Below are positions 43,860 through 60,463 of a DNA stretch of 64,000 nucleotides, one piece after another (position 1 is the stretch's first letter; each line of letters opens with the position of its first letter). The DNA lies in the NCBI RefSeq assembly GCF_009914755.1, contig NC_060933.1. The stretch is one strand, 5' to 3'. This stretch comes from the human T2T-CHM13v2.0 reference genome, Homo sapiens. A program made the position numbers and the translations under genes. The notes under the pieces were generated by a model. That model saw only the letters and a list, made by a program, of their open reading frames with translations. It was not told the DNA's origin and made no database searches.

Positions 43860-46800
43860 CTGTAGAGCAAAAGGAAAAAATATATAATACACGATAAATA
43901 CCCTAGGGCTGTTTGGTGTACTAAACATTGAACTTGATCTTTCCACTGGAATAAGGAGAAGTAATTTACCTCATTAGAGAGTACACGGCAGCAAGAAAAA
44001 TATAGCTCATGAACCATATTTATTTTCCATTAATCTTAAAACAACATCCCTCATCCAGATTAAAATACTCAAAACCAAGGGCGTATGATTGATTAAAGAG
44101 AAACAACCCTGAATCATGGGGTTGATTCCTGGAGGGGTAAAACAAGGAGACAGATTATTTGCTCTCTTATTACAGATTCCAAGATAAAACTCCTCCCACC
44201 TATGACCATGGATGGATACTGGCATCTCTGAATCTTTCAAAGCTTGGAATATCTAACTTAAATCTTTCCACAGTATCATTTAATCCTTATTCTCTTATGC
44301 TACCCTCAGTGATATTAAATTTTGAAGATTAATACACATTTTTAGGTGGTAGACCTTAAAAACCAAGAGCCGATTTAACATTTTTCAATCTTAAATTATT
44401 CTTAAATTGGGAACTTCATGGTCTTCTCTATATTTACTGCGATCAGGTGTGCCTCACTTTGTAGAATAAATGCATCCCAGAAGGTTCACCTTTAAAGTGA
44501 ACTTTCCCCCTCTGAGAGTCATATAAAACCAATCCCAAGACAAAATGAAACCATCTTCAATGATTAAATCCTTTTTTAATCATGCATTTTAAAGGAGAAA
44601 TTTTTGATAAAATAATAATACACTTATGAAAACAAAGTTTCTTTTGTCTGGCAGGATCACTTCTAGAGATAAAGGAAAAAACAGCAATTATAGCTTAAGA
44701 ACAGAACATCCTAGACTAAAAATTCACTCAGCTTTTATCAAATCTCTTCACTGTCATTGTACAAGAGAATAACAGGAAATTCTCTTTGGGTGCTCAGACC
44801 TTGTTTCCTAGCAATCTATGGAGGCTGAAGGCTCTTAAGAATAAGCAATAGAGCTAAGATCGGGGAAGGGTAGACACCAAGGTCCCAAATATGAGAGGAA
44901 GTGGACCAATGAGGCAATCATGAGAAGGGGGCCTTCCTCATATGTGTTCAGTGTTACCTGTTATCCAATTTAAAGTCAGGCTTTAGACGTCATATAATAA
45001 TTCCTTTAATCAACCAGAAACCACATATATCCATAAAGGTTGAGAAGAGGGGACAGAACAGGTAGGAAAAAAAGTAACTGTTTAATAAAAGAGAGCCCAA
45101 AAGTTGAGTGTTATGAGTCAGGCTGTAGAGGAGCCGGGAGTTCAGTACCTGATCCTACCCTAAGATACCAGTTGGAGAGAAAGAAAGAGAGAAAGTGTGT
45201 GTGCATGTATATGTGTGCGTGTACATGTGTGCATGCCTGTATATGTGCACACACAAATAACAATGTAATAACAGCCTCATGACTTTGCCAAGAGTTGATA
45301 CAGACTAACTCAGAAGAAAAGATAAGGGAGAATCGGAATGCAAATCTAAATATACAGCATATTTTCACTGATGTAAAAGTAAAGAACATTTACCAAACTT
45401 TAACTGTGGTTATTCCTAGGATTGTGGATAATCGTGGATGGCTTTTCTTTGCAGGTTTTGTATTTTCCTGATTTTTACAATGAGCATGTATCTTTGACTT
45501 CCATGTATAAAGATGAAATGTTTTATTTTAAAAAAGAAAGAAAAGGTTTGAGATCAAGGAACAGCAAGCAGAGACAAATTCCCCTGAGAAGAGAAAACCA
45601 AGAGAGGAAAGAACTCCAAACTCCACCAAGAAGCTGTGGATGAAGCTGGTAGAGAAAATGTTAAGATCCACCTAAGAGGCTGAGCCTAAACAGAAGCCGG
45701 GGTCGGGCCTAAGCAGGGCTCTGGAAGTGAAACAAAGCAGGAGCCATAAAAGTGGTAGGACTCATTAGAGCAGCTCTGTAGCTGTAATTTAACCTGCCTG
45801 TGTGTATTGGTATCGTCCAAATTGCTTCACACTTTAATAAAATAGACCTTGGACCTATATTACCAACTGAATGTGTGAACTCAAGACCCACTCCAGAAGG
45901 GCATATGAGGAGTGGAAGAGAAAGACAACCACCCCAAAAGGTGCAATCTAGACAGGACAGCCCCTGATGCCAGTGGAAAGAGGCCATGACAAGCAAGTCT
46001 CAGGAGTACACTGGTAGGGACCCAGAGCAACAGCTTCCAACCCAGACAGACACCCAGACGCAATAGCATCCCGAAGGCAGACCCAGGTCTGGAGTGGAGG
46101 AGACTCTGCAGACCACCTCCCCCGCCCCGCCGCCCCAGTGTGAGAATTGCAATTCAATCTTTCTTTCCCAGTGACTGTAATACAATCCAGGATACAACAA
46201 CCTAAAAGTGGACCTTTAAGGGATGTATACGATGTACATGATGAAAGAAAAGCAAGTCATGTATGTTAATTCCAAGCATTTCTCCTCCTCCCATGCTTAA
46301 CAGAATTTTGTTTGGACCCTTCTCACTCAACTTCCATCCATGGACCATGCTGCTTTGTGAAATAAGCCCTTTGGGGCCTGGTAATGCAGAGGAAGGAAAT
46401 TGGGGAGTAGGTAAGAAGCATAGGGTCTAGAGCTTGGGAGGGGGGTATGGAGGGTTTTGCTGGAGGAAGGCTGGGTAAGGGAGATGGAGCAGCTTCAGTG
46501 TGAAGGAAATAGATGAGAAAGAAAAGGATATGTGGAAGGTATATTGCTGTGGTCTCTTTATCTCCCCTTGCAGAGTTCTAGAAAGGCAGCTAGATGGCTG
46601 AGATATTTGGAAATTAGTTTTGAAAACTGGACTGTATTACTTTAACCACAGTGCTCTGAGACCGTCCCACAAGGAACAGCCTTTTTAAGGATTGAACGTT
46701 GATGAGGCACATCTCATTCCTGTAGGGACCTTGGGGTTCAGGGGTGAAGTTAACTAGAGTCCAATAAAACCACAGCAAACAGCTTTACTTCCTAAGGTTC

Positions 46801-48906
46801 TTGTGTGTACTGGCTAAAATAAGGGTCCTTAGCCCTTACTGTTTCCCCCTGGGATTCTTTTGCTAACAGAATTGTCCCTGAAGCTCCTACCTCTGAAAGC
46901 TGCTCAAATTTCTCTGACAGTACAGAAAGTATAAAAGTGCATAGTGTTGAAAGTGACGGTAGGAAAATTATAATGTCTTCCCTAAGCCTGAGCTGTGCAG
47001 AAATGTCTACTCTGGGTATATTTGAAAGAATGAATAACCAAATCTGAAATATTCTTGTGTCTAGAGCATGGTGCTTGACAGTCTTATACATTGGTACTCT
47101 CTAATGTAAGCCCTTTAATAAAATCAAGTGTATTTAGCTGTATCAGTTAGGAATAATGTGCTATTCTTTGTACACTAAGATGGTGCTACTAATCTTATAT
47201 GCGTTTAGCCATATATAAAAGGTGCACCCTGGTACCTTCTGGAGGTCCTAGGAGCTCAATAGTAAACCCTGAGTCTTGGTGAACAGTCAAGAGCTAAATG
47301 GTAGCAAATTACTGCCTTGATGTGGTACAGGAATATTCACTGCATAGCACAGTTGAGGAAAAAGATAGCAGGAATGTGGTGTGTGCTACCATCACACCTC
47401 CAGTGACCCTGACAGCCATCAGGAATCCATTGATACAGTCTTTCCTGCTGAACCAGGTATAGTCCCAGAATCCTTATTGCAGCTCCCCAGGCAGTCAGAG
47501 CTGGCACATGAGAGGAAATCTATTAGCCATTCCTACTCTGTGAGATGATTAAGGACAAAATGTTAATTTGGGGATGAGCAGGGATTTTAGTGTTGATAAC
47601 GCAGAGACGAACGGATAGCAGAGTTGGCCTTCTGCAAAGGTCACAGACAGGGCATGTACAAGTGGCAGGTGGCAGAGAAGGTCCCCCTGCACATAATCAT
47701 CCCTTGGAATCCACAGACCTCTCCCATTTTACCTCTTGGTGTTAGGCACTGAGTGTTGCTCTTCAAACAAAGGAAAGAGTACCAGTTCAGGAAAGAGTAA
47801 CAGTTTGAGCTATTGCCTTTCATAAACACCTTAGTTCAAATTAAATCTTCACATCAACAAGCCAGATACTTGGAAAGACCCTGAGGGATTAGGGTTCAAA
47901 CTGAATCTGGTTTGAAGAAGCAAATGAGCATGGATTAGTCAAAGAAGGTGCCAAGGGCTGGGTGCAGAAGACCGCTTCCCACCCACAGCTCTCTGGAGGG
48001 TCAGCCTTGGAACAAGGACGTTCTCCTTTGTAAACTGAGCATCAAATACTCAGGTGGCAATCAAAGTTCCACAGTAAATAGCTGATGAAAAACATCTGAT
48101 GAGGACTTTACTTTTAGTAAATGAAATTAAAATTTAAGACAATAAGTTTGTTTTATCTTACTTTTTAATTAGGTTATAACTGGTGCAACCATGTACTAAG
48201 TCTTTGAAGAACTCAAATATTTATGCTAGGATGGCATAAATAGCACCAACAAAAAGGTCATAATAGTAGCATAAAATATCTTTCATTTCACACTCGATTT
48301 CTGTAGTACAATCTTAAAGAAGGTCACTACTCCAAAAATAGTCAAAGGATTACTAATTTACCAATATTAACATCTTTTGGTATTCAAATCATTTGCTGAA
48401 GACTATAATGTCATAATCCTTACTGGCTTTCTCTTCTCTAGTTGTTAATTTATCTGACTTACCCAAGCTTCATGTATGTATAATTTGAGCAATACTCCAA
48501 CATCATTTTCTCCAACTTCATGAAATCCTGAAATGTTTGCAAGATAATTTCACTTCAGAACCTATTTATATTGATTTTGCATTTATACTATCAGATGTTA
48601 CAATATCCATCAGTAAAACTGACTGGAAAAAATGTGTTGATAGGTGAAGAGATGGAGGTGCTAGCATTAAGCAGGAGGATATTTGAGAGAAGACAAATTG
48701 TACAAGTTAGTGAATGATTATTCTCATGTGATGGTAAATTTTGCTTCCCTATGAAACTACATAATCATTGTGAATGAGATGATAAACACTCAGATATTGA
48801 GGATGCCTGTATTATGCAACCCTCCTTCCTGGGCTACCGCTGACTGGATCAGAGAAGGACACCTGACCCAACTATATCAATCATTTTGTCTTTCCTAGAA
48901 ATTTGA

Positions 48907-49211
48907 ATATATATATACACACACATATATACATATATATGTGTATATATACACACACATATATACATATATATGTGTATATATACACACACATATATAC
49001 ATATATATGTGTATATATACACACACATATATACATATATATGTGTATATATACACACACATATATACATATATATGTGTATATATACACACACATATAT
49101 ACATATATATGTGTATATATACACACACATATATACATATATATGTGTATATATACACACACATATATACATATATATGTGTATATATACACACACACAT
49201 ATACATATATA
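48907..49211. repeat. 34-bp alternating purine-pyrimidine tandem repeat (~9 copies)
   Basis: Unit ATATACACACACATATATACATATATATGTGTAT; source of the six junk ORFs at 48849-49333. Confidence 0.95.
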
Positions 49212-49227
49212 TCTGTGTCTTGAGTCT

Positions 49228-49575
49228 TGATTGGGTGCAGTGGCTCATGACTGTAATCCCAGCACTTTGGGAGGCTGAGACAGGAGATCACTTGAATCAC
49301 TTGAGGCCAGGACTTTGACACTAGCCTGCACAACGTAGCAAGACCTCATCTCTACAAATAATGTAAAAATTAACCAGGCGTGGTGCCACACACCTGTAGC
49401 CCTGGCTGCGCAGGAGCTGAGGCGGAAGAATACTTGAGCCCAGGAATTTGAGGCTGCATTGAGCTGAGATCATGCCACTATATTCCAGCCCAAGTGACAG
49501 TGAGGAATTTGAGGCTGCAGTGAGCTAAGATCATGCCACTATACTCCAGCTTGAGTGACTGAAAAACAAGAAAAC
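49228..49575 (+). mobile_element. AluJ with internal 61-bp tandem duplication
   Basis: Right-arm segment 49442-49502 is repeated at ~49503-49561. Confidence 0.88.
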
Positions 49576-50242
49576 TGTATCTCAATCCCAAATATATATA
49601 ATATATATGATCTCTGAACTTTTTTGACTATACATCTCTATCAGTAAAAAAATTTAACTACATACTTTCAATGGATATATTTTTATTTACAAACTGTATT
49701 CATAATTACATTTATTGATAAATTATATGAATAAAATTTTTAAATCTTTTTTAAAAATGTAAAAGAGGAATGAAAGTATTTTTGTTGTTTTTTGTTTGTT
49801 TTTATTATTTTTTCTTTGAGTGAAGGTATTTTTAATATTTTTAGTTTATAACTAATAAAAATGTATTCTCTATAACAAAATTATAAATATTTTAATTTTT
49901 AATACTAATTTATTATTCATTGTTTTAAAATACTTCATTTAATTCTATGATGCAAAAGTTCACATTTGATGCTGTATAGGTTCAGTTTATTCCAAGAGTT
50001 GGTTTTAATGGCAGTACAACTGAAAACCTAATTCAGAGTGACAAACAGGTCCAAATGAAATAAAAGATACATCACTGGCCAAGTTTTTTATTTTTTAATC
50101 CCAACCACTATGCAAAGGCTTTTGTTGATATTAGGTTCACAAATAATTCTTACTTTCTCATGTCAATCAGTTCTCAAAAACTAATCAAACCCACTGACTT
50201 TCCTGGAGATGTTTACACAGTTAGAAAATTCTGTTTTTTAAA

Positions 50243-51930
<1,688 letters not shown>

Positions 51931-52283
51931 AGCAAATCACATAGATTGTGTTTAAAATTTTTTAAAAGAAAACTGTGGTTTTTGAAGTGCAGAAGTATCA
52001 AGATATTTATGGATGAGACTCATTTTTCAACAATAAAATTGCATAGTAATAGAAACAATGCCAAACATCTATTTTCAAGATGTTCTTCCATAGGAAGAGT
52101 TCTTTTGAAAAGCAGATATAATACTTTCTCTCTCACTAACAAAACATCATCTTTTCCTTGAAGAAACAGAATAAACTTATTTTAAATAGCTGTTAGTATT
52201 ACAGAAAAGGTCAGTGGATTTCGAATAAGTTTCTTCTTGAAAAAGAAAAGTATATAACTCATCTTTAAGAAAGGCCATCCTTT

Positions 52284-54008
52284 TTTTAACTTTTAGGTTC
52301 AGGGGTACATGCGCAGGTTTGTTACATAGGTAAATTGCATGTCATGGGGGTTCGGTGTACAGATTATTTTGTCACCAAGGTAATAAGCATAGTATCCAAT
52401 AGGTAGTTTTTCAATCTTCACCTTCCTCCCACCCTCCACCCTCTAAGAGGCCCCAGTGTCTGTTGGTCCTTTCTTTGTGTTCATGTGTACTCAATGTTTA
52501 GCTCCCACTTATAAGTGGGAACATGCAGTATTTGGTTTTCTGTTACTACATTAGTTCGCTTAGGATAATGGTCTCTAGCTGCATCCATGTTGCTGCAAAG
52601 GACATGATCTCATTCTTTTTATGGCTACATAGTATTCCATGGTGTATATGTACCACATTTTCTTTATCTAGTCTACCATTGATGGGTATCTAGGTTGATT
52701 CCATGTCTTTGCTATTGTGAATAGTGCTACAATAAACATACACGTGCTTGTATCTTTATGGTAAAACAATTTATATTCCTTTGGGTATATACCCAGTAAT
52801 GAGATTCCTGGGTTGAATCATAGCTCTGTTTTAAGTTCTTTGAGAAATCGCCAAACTGCTTTCCACAATGGCTGAACTAATTTACAGTCCCACCAACAGT
52901 GTATAGGCATTCCCTTTTCTCCACAACCTTGCCAACATTTATTATTTTTTGACTTTTTAATAATAGCCATTCTGACTATGTGAGATGGTATCTTACTGTG
53001 GTTTTGATTTGCATTTAGTAAGGTTGAGCATTTTTACATATGCTTGTTGGCTGCATGTATGTCTTCTTTTGAAAAATGTCTGTTCATGTCCTTTCCCCAC
53101 TTTTTAATGAGATTATTTGTATTTTTCTTGTTGAATTGTTTAAGTTTCTTGTAGATTCTGAATATTAGCCCTTTGTTGAATGCATACTTTGCAAATATTT
53201 TCTACCACTCTGTAGGTTGTCTAGTCACTCTGTGGTTTCTTTTGCTGTGCAGAAGCTCTTTAGCTTATTAGATCCTGTTTGTCAATCTTTGGTTTTGTTC
53301 CAATTGCTTTGGGTATCTTCATCATGAAATTTTTGCCAGGGCTATGTCCAGAGTGGTACTTCCTAGGTTGTCTTCCAGGGTTTTTATAGTTTTAGGTTTT
53401 GCATTTAAATCTTTAATTTATCTCAAGTTGGTTTTTGTATATGGTGTAAGAAAGAGTCCAGTTTCAATCTTCTGCATATGACTAGCCAGTTATCCCAGCA
53501 GCGTTTATTAAATGAGGAGTCCTTTTCCTGTTGCTTTTGTTGACTTTGTTGAAAATCAGATGGTTGTAGGTGTGTAACTTTATTGCTGGGCTGTCTATTC
53601 TGTTCTATTGGTCTATGTGTCTGTTTTTGTACCAGTACCATGCTGTTTTGGTTACTGTAACCTCGTAGTATAGTTTGAAGTCAGGAAATGTGATGCTCCC
53701 AGCTTTGTTCTTTGTGCTTAGAAATGTTTTTGCTATTTGGGCTCATTTTTCGTTCCACATAAATTTTAAGATACTTTTTTCTAATTCTGTAAAGGATGTC
53801 ATTGGTAGTTTGATAGGAATAGCATTGAATCTGTACATTGCTTTCAGCAGTATGGCCATTTTAACAATGTTGATTCTTCCTGTCCATTCAATGAGCATGG
53901 AATGTTTTTCCATTTGTATAATCTTTGATTTCTTTCAGCAGTGTTTTATAATTCTTATTGTAGAGATCTTTCACCTCTTTGGTTAGCTACATTCCTAGGT
54001 ATTGTATG
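52284..54008 (-). mobile_element. L1PB-type 5'-truncated LINE-1
   Basis: Antisense L1 3'UTR and ORF2 end with TSD GAAAG(G/A)CCAT(C/T)CTTTT. Confidence 0.92.
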
Positions 54009-54402
54009 GAAAGACCATTCTTTTGCCACAAGATGACCAGAAAACTTCTTGTGACTTTGCGTAATCGACCCTCTTAGTTTTACAAAATATTGGGGGTGAT
54101 TCTGCTACTAAAGTCCTTGTTTTTATAAAATTAACCACATAAATGACCTCCTGTGTACTCTTTTGACTTCAAGTCTTTTCTAAACTAGATTGTCTATGAA
54201 TAACAGTGAATGGATTTCACATAGGGAGTTTCTACTCTAGTCTTACCCTTGAACTATTTTTATTCTAATTATAGCAAGTACTCCATTAGCGGTTACACAT
54301 CAGCATAAAACATTATTTTATTAAAGAGTTCATTTCTTGTCTGACAATGGCTGACAGCTGTGTGTCTGTGCATTAACCTGGGCAGCAGAAATGCCTCAAA
54401 CT

Positions 54403-54725
<323 letters not shown>

Positions 54726-56777
54726 TTAGAAGTTCAGTTTCAATGGGTCATTTTGCCAGTAGCAAACAAGATGTGAGTGAACATTTGTCCATCGTCAGGA
54801 ATCTAGGAGGCACATTTCCCACTTGTCCCCTTTGCAAAAGAAAGAAGCTGTTTTATTATCAGTAGAGACAGCTGTTACATTAACATGTGAGAAAGTATCA
54901 ATTATCATGACAAGAAAGTACAGAGCAAAAAAAAGTGAGAAAAAATGATCACTGGTGGAATTATTTAAATCCTTTCTCTTTATCAGGGCTACTCTGCAGC
55001 AAACATCCTGTAATCACTCTGAAGAGCTCTGAAAATGGGTTATTTAGCTTCCTAGTCCTATGATCTAATGCGACCAGATGGAATTTGCCCTTTAAAAAAA
55101 ACCCTTTTCTCTCTTTTGTTCTCAAGTGATATCACAGTAATGATGAGCTGGATACCCAAAGTCTAGTTATTAGTTTTAAATGCTAAAATGGCTCAGCCTA
55201 CCTACACTCTCAAAATCATCTGATTCACTGGAGGGGATTAAGAAAATGTACTGGAGTGTTAGAATGGATTTCCAAAGGAATCACATGTTTACCTCAAATC
55301 AGAGGTTCTTGCCCATAGCTACAAGCTTTGGCTCTTATTCTCACCTTACATGAAATATTTTGGGATGTTTCTCACCATTTCAAAGATTTGAAATTTAATT
55401 TCAAGTAGCTGAATAGAAATGACATTTCCTAAATTAAAAAATTAGCACTAACTGTATGACACCCTTCATACAAATACTTTTTAATCTTAAAATAAACAAA
55501 GCTCCTCTGACTACAAATGAAATTTAAATCAGAAACTGGAACACCACCTCTAGTAGGCCAGTCTTTCCTTGCCATCCCTGAGTGAGAGGGGTCTCTGGTA
55601 AAGGGTATCAATCCTACATATATGTTATTAGCAGCATTGCTTTCTGTTTCTTAAGATAGGATGACAAGAAATCTTGCTTTCTCAACCCTGTTTGGAGGTG
55701 AGAGTATTCAATTCAGCACACATGTGTTGAGTTCCTGCTTTGTGCAAAGACTTGGTCTCAATACTGCGAGGGCGTAGAGTTCATACTCAGGAAAGAAGAG
55801 ACATATTCATTTAAAAAAAAGATGTTAGGAAGCTCAATATTATGAGTTACTAACTATTGAAAGCGTTTAGTTCCAAAATTCTAAATCATTAAATTATAAC
55901 ATTTAGTCAGCAGAATAATCCAGGCTAAAAGCTAAACTCACTTTTCTCCTTTGATCAAAACTAAAATTTCTGTAGGTTGAAAGTAGAGAAGGAAAAGGTA
56001 TAAGGACACAGAAAAGACAAACGCAGTAAGTATGCTTTACTATTAACTGAGCTTTTAACTCTTTCATAAATATTATCTAACTCTGTGTTTGCCTTTTTGA
56101 AGGGGCACAAAATGGGGAAGTGGAGTGACTCAGGGCAGCTGGTGTTTTAATGACAGGTCCTCCAAGACAGCACTGGGGCTGAATCATCAGGATCTACTCT
56201 CTGGTCTTGACTCAGTCAGGTCTGACAGCACTAGACCCAAGAAGAGTAGCCTTTCTATGACAAACTCATACTAAATGAGCCAAACCAATTCCTAAAACTA
56301 GAAAGCCAATCTATTCATCCTGCATCCAAACCACACCTTATTCCACAGCAAATTTAAGGCCACTTAGAAATATGTGGGCAAGTTATCAGAGAAAATAAAT
56401 CAAAAATTTAAAAACAGAAGAGGCAAATAACAAATAAAAATAAGACAGCAAGATGGCATTGGAAGTGAAGTAAGCTCACAATGTATAGAGAGAGGTATAT
56501 ATTCTTGTAGAATAGCCTCCTTATAGCTGGAATCACAACGCATATACAGTGAGTTACATGGTGCCACCATCATCGTATCAAGATACCAGAGAAGCCAATC
56601 AGAAGATTATTCAGAACAAAGGAAATATAATGGGCTGAGGAGAGACATTCCCCTAAACTCTAGAAAAACCTGAGATCTGGTTCCTCAAACAAGACCCACA
56701 GCTGCAGTAGTTCAGTCTCCACGCCCAGGGTTCCTCCCTGGACAGTGCCACAGACCTGCTTCTCTGCACCCACTTAC

Positions 56778-56816
56778 TTGGGTTCACACTTCCCTTCACC
56801 AATACATGAGGGATCA
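56778..56816 (-). pseudogene. Candidate mini pseudo-exon with CxGxGxC-like motif
   Basis: TCCTCAG acceptor and GTAAGT donor. Reads DPSCIGEGKCEP, echoing CGNGLCE at 40276-40427, but it is short. Confidence 0.3.
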
Positions 56817-57399
56817 CTGAGGACATAAAGCAGCCTCAGGCACTCCACGAATTCCTCATATGAGTCTTAGACACTCTTTGTCTAGTCCCATCTTTATCTT
56901 TGTCTTTCATCAGACCAATCCTTCAAATGTATTAGGTAAAATACACTAGCTATGAACTAGATAGATGACTTTCTCAAAGACAACAGAAGTATTTGTAATC
57001 CATCAGGGATCTTGGAAAAGGTTAAAATAAGAAGAGTGGCTCCAGATACAAATTCTCTTTAAGAGATCCTACTGCCATCAATAAGATATATTCTAAGTTT
57101 CTGCACAAAACTTAGCATGCCCCTTGACAGTAATTCAGCCAGTGGGAATTACTAGCTATTTGGAATTTCAAAAGAAGTGGAATTTCTAAAGAAGAAATGC
57201 AAAATAGAAAAAAAAAACCCTATGTCCAAATATATCTATTGTCAAAAGATATCCATGTTGTTTATAAAAACAAATAACTAGAAACAATCCAAATGTCTAA
57301 GAATTGAGAAACTGATAAGTAAACTACTGTTTCGATTGAGTGCTATATTATACATCACTAAAATGATGTATATTATTTTACATCATTTTAGTGATATAG

Positions 57400-57795
57400 A
57401 AGTATATATAGAAGTTCTATACTTCCATATATGGAAGTATATATAGAAGTTCTATACTTCCATATATGGAAGTATATATAGAAGTTCTATACTTCCATAT
57501 ATGGAAGTATATATAGAAGTTCTATACTTCCATATATGGAAGTATATATAGAAGTTCTATACTTCCATATATGGAAGTATATATATAGAAGTTCTATACT
57601 TCCATATATGGAAGTATATATAGAAGTTCTATACTTCCATATATGGAAGTATATATAGAAGTTCTATACTTCCATATATGGAAGTATATATAGAAGTTCT
57701 ATACTTCCATATATGGAAGTATATATAGAAGTTCTATACTTCTATATATGGAAGTATATATAGAAGTTCTATACTTCCATATATAGAAGTATAGA
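57400..57795. repeat. 35-bp palindromic AT-rich minisatellite (11 units)
   Basis: Unit GAAGTTCTATACTTCCATATATGGAAGTATATATA from 57411; one unit carries an extra TA. Confidence 0.96.
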
Positions 57796-57828
57796 AACTT
57801 GTGTATACATTAGAATTGCAACTTTGGG

Positions 57829-58201
<373 letters not shown>

Positions 58202-58519
58202 CTAACAATTGTTTTAGAATTATGGGATCAGGGGTAATCTTTTAAAATCTATTTTACAAATTTTCTTTTACTGTGGCCCTATTATGAAATATAGGTAAAC
58301 AAATAAAAACATTCAAACTCACTTAAAACTTATGACACATATTGAACAAGTCTTTAAACTGTTGTAAATAGATAGATAATTAGATAGACAGATGGAGATC
58401 ATGAGAAGGCTGTGTTCGTGAGGATATAGGAGAATATCTCCCTGGGAATCACTTGCAATAGGGAGAAAGAGTAGGGAGACTCACAGCAGGGTAGGAAGTG
58501 CTACAATAGTAGATGGGGC

Positions 58520-59329
58520 TGATACAGACAGGAGACAGGGAAGTACTTGGTAGAAGAGGGCAGTTCCCTGGCAAAGGCCCCACCCCCATGCCTGGAAAGC
58601 CGCAGCCCTAAATGGGAACAGGCATTCTTATTTTCAGGCCCATATGTTGCCTTTTGGCCTGCCAAGCCCTCTGTCCTGTACCCATATAAACCCCAAGCCC
58701 CATGCTCCATGAGCAGATGAGCAGATGAACAGAAGAGCAGAAGAGCGGCAGAATGGTGCAGCAGAGAAGGAGAGAGGAGAAGGGGCATCTGAATGTTGAG
58801 AGGAGTTCAGCTGGGCATGGTCAGAGAGGAGATCAGCGCTAGATGGCCAAACTCCAGGGGAATATCATTTTCCCACTCCATCCCCCTTCTAGCTCCCCAC
58901 CCACCCCACTGAGAGCGACCTCAATCACCCAATAAAATCCCTGCATTCACTGTCTTTCAAGTCCATGTGCGATCTGATTTTTCCTGGACGCCGGACAAGA
59001 GCTCAGGATACAGAAAGCTGTCACACTGGCCCTCTGCCTTGCAAAAAGGTAGAGGGTCCACTGAGCTGTTTGATATTTAAGCTGGACATGGATGGCAAAG
59101 CTCAAAGAGCGCACTGTAACACACACCCATTTGGGCTTTGGGAGTCATAGGCATTCACCCCTAGAGCTTCCATGGCGCTGGAGGCCAAGAAAGCACTTGC
59201 CCCAGCTCCTGCAGTTGCCCGTCTGCATGCTCCCCGTCCCATAAGGGGTTTGAGTGCTCACAGTAGCCAAACAGACCAGCCACACCCTGTCGCATGTCCT
59301 GTGAGTGGGGACAGGGAACTCCCATTTTA
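58520..59329 (+). mobile_element. ERV1 solo LTR (MER50-like)
   Basis: Starts TGATACAGACAGGAGACAGGGAA, contains CATATAAA and AATAAA signals, and has a 4-bp TSD GGGC. Confidence 0.82.
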
Positions 59330-60078
59330 GGGCAAAAGCACATATATACTATATACTGCCTGTTTTATTATTGCAACTTTTTTTTTTTTTCTTGCTGGGA
59401 TTACTTGAGATTTTTATTTTCTGATTGGCATTTCCATGGACTTGCCAAATTGTCTATAATGAACTTACACTACTTTTACAGCTGGAAAAACAAAGTCCAT
59501 TAAACAAGAAACAGAAACCCAGGTGAAACTGTCAGCCCTACCATCTGCAGCATTTGGGGTCCCACTTCTGCTCAGAGCCCACTCCTCTCTGCCCATTTGG
59601 GATCTCCTGGCTCAAAGGCTCCTTAATCTTTAGCACATCCTATACAACTTCATTCTTACCTGAACACTGATAAAACCAAGGTGCTACACTATTTAAAAAT
59701 CACTGCTTAGACCAGATAATAGTAAATACAAATAATTTCCAAATATCTCTCCAAAGTCATTTCTCAAAATAATCTCTACTAATCCCTAATGGAATCAAAG
59801 TAGTCTGGGACTCCCCCCCATCCCCGGCCTCCTATCAAAGACTTACTTCTGAGGGAGTTGAGAGATCTTCGGTTGTAAAATAAAAGATAATAATAAATCT
59901 AAGATCCTATCTGATTCTCCCCGCTTTAATTCCTGGCCTTTAAATGCAACATTTGCCACGAGAAAAAAATAAAAGTAAGTTCAGTTCATCTGTCATATTT
60001 CTGCCTTCTCCATTAAAGGCATCTATTTTACATATTGTCTTGAGACTTGGCACTATTCAGAGAGATTTAAATAGACCT

Positions 60079-60463
60079 TGTATTAGTTTGCTAGGGTTGT
60101 CATAACAAAGACCACAGACTGAGTGACTCAAATAACAAATTTCTTTTCTCACAGTTCTGGAGGCTAGAAGTTCAAGATCGAGGTGTCAGTGGGATTGGTT
60201 TCGTTCTGAGGCTGCTCTCCTTGGCTTTTAGATGTTTTCTTCTCCCTGTGTCTTCACGTAATCTTTCCCTTGTTCATATCCATGTCCTAATAGTATCTTT
60301 TTACAATACCAGTCATATTTGTATTAGGATCTACCCTAAGACCTCATTTTATCTTAATTACCTCTGTAAGGGCCCTATCTCCAAATATAGTTATATTCTG
60401 AAGTATTAGGGGTTAGGACTTCAACCTACTAACTTTGGGAAGGACACAATTCCATTCACGACA
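60079..60463 (-). mobile_element. MLT1-type MaLR solo LTR
   Basis: TGTATTAGTTTGCTAGGG…CTCACAGTTCTGGAGGCTAGAAGTTCAAGATC pattern. Confidence 0.85.

Noticed and set aside
48849-49333. Six overlapping ORFs of 85-150 aa rich in Y/I/H/C/V
   Set aside because: They are translations of the 34-bp dinucleotide tandem repeat.
57400-57795. 35-bp palindromic direct repeats superficially resembling a CRISPR array
   Set aside because: There are no unique spacers and no cas genes, and the context is primate genomic DNA. It is a minisatellite.
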